Part shown: piece after piece, positions 63,061-64,000 of the stretch
Layout of the letters: each line of letters opens with the position of its first letter
Position numbering within the stretch: position 1 is the stretch's first letter
NCBI RefSeq assembly: GCF_964204865.1
Contig: NC_135251.1
Location: forward strand, 9,858,001-9,922,000
Origin: Styela clava
Taxonomy: Eukaryota
Direction: 5' to 3'
DNA length: 64,000 nt
Made by a program: the position numbers and the translations under genes
Notes under the pieces: model-generated
Told to the model about the DNA's origin: nothing
Database searches by the model: none
The model's input: only the letters and a program-made list of their open reading frames with translations

Positions 63061-64000
63061 TTACAAAAAATATTTATGAAGAATTTGTTTTAGATATATT
63101 AAAATTGATTAGAATACATTTTGTTATCAATATGATTCTTGCATATCATTTTATTTTAACGATCCTTTATATAGTCTGATACTGTTGATTTGGATGCAAT
63201 TATACTTTTGTTATCAATAGTGAGAAATATTTCAGGACTGCTATTAACTATGTGAGCTATTTTTTCTGCAATGCAAAATACATTTTGCGTCTGCTATTTA
63301 CTATGTGAATTAATTTTTCTGTAATGTAAAGTATTTCCATAACTGCTTTTACTATGTGGGCTGTTTTTTCGGTACTCTTGTAGTATGTGTACCAGGTTAG
63401 GTTACGATTCTCCTTATTTTTGTTCTATTAAAAGTTCGGGAATTGTCTGTGTTACACAAGTGAATATCCCCTACCGATAGAATTTAGTCCATTTACACAA
63501 CTTGATATAAAATAGGCGAACAAAATTAGTTACCTTCTTCTGGAGCACCATTTTTTTTGTAATGTAAAATATTTAATATGTGAACTAATTTTTTTGGAAT
63601 GCAAAATATTTTCTACAGCTTCTGTATTTTTTATATGTCACTTTTCATTTCATCGATAATACACATGGTCTGGCACATTGTTCATTCTTTGTGGAGATTT
63701 TGGTAAATTTACAGATGGAATAAGACCGACATTCAGCTTTTTTCTGTTTTACCACTGTAATTCAAATTGAAGTATGTAAACCCAGTTGGTAGACACCGGA
63801 ACCATGTGTACCAGGTTAGGGTCTACTACATACAAACATTCCCAAACTTTTCAAGCCGCACCCCCTTTTTAGAATTTGTGAAGTCTTGCGCCCCACCTCA
63901 AAATAGTTAGCTAACAATAATAAGCTACAAATAACAGTAGTAACAGTAAGGCATAAGTACGTTTTATTGGAAAAACAGTTGAAAATACATGGATGGAACG

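Overview
AT-rich, intron-dense eukaryotic DNA, probably a marine invertebrate such as a tunicate (inferred from style only). The six-frame ORFs are mostly fragments of spliced exons. Walking GT-AG sites and exon phases by hand gives three tandem + strand receptor genes of one family. Gene 1 (5' end outside the window, CDS 583-7932): EGF x4, FN3 x2, RPTP-type juxtamembrane domain, TM, short Tyr-motif tail. Gene 2 (11520-28921, 24 exons, about 1022 aa): signal peptide, C-type lectin x3, EGF x4, FN3 x2, juxtamembrane domain, TM, tail with an ITIM-consensus VGYENV. Gene 3 (33653-58135, 43 exons, about 1847 aa): nearly the same signal peptide and lectin head, EGF x6, Ig x2, FN3 x2, TM, an intact tyrosine-phosphatase D1 and a degenerate D2, i.e. 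a lectin-headed receptor tyrosine phosphatase. A ~21-22 kb tandem duplication with both ends in the EGF arrays makes gene 2 a chimera of gene 3's head and gene 1's tail. Gene 1 has a stop codon exactly at the ITIM tyrosine. Together this looks like a diversifying paired-receptor system in which similar lectin heads drive different signalling tails. The introns carry an internally deleted piggyBac, hAT and Tc1/mariner-type MITEs and Helentron/DINE-1-like elements, and LINE remnants lie downstream. Identity levels quoted are by-eye estimates, and no database search was possible.
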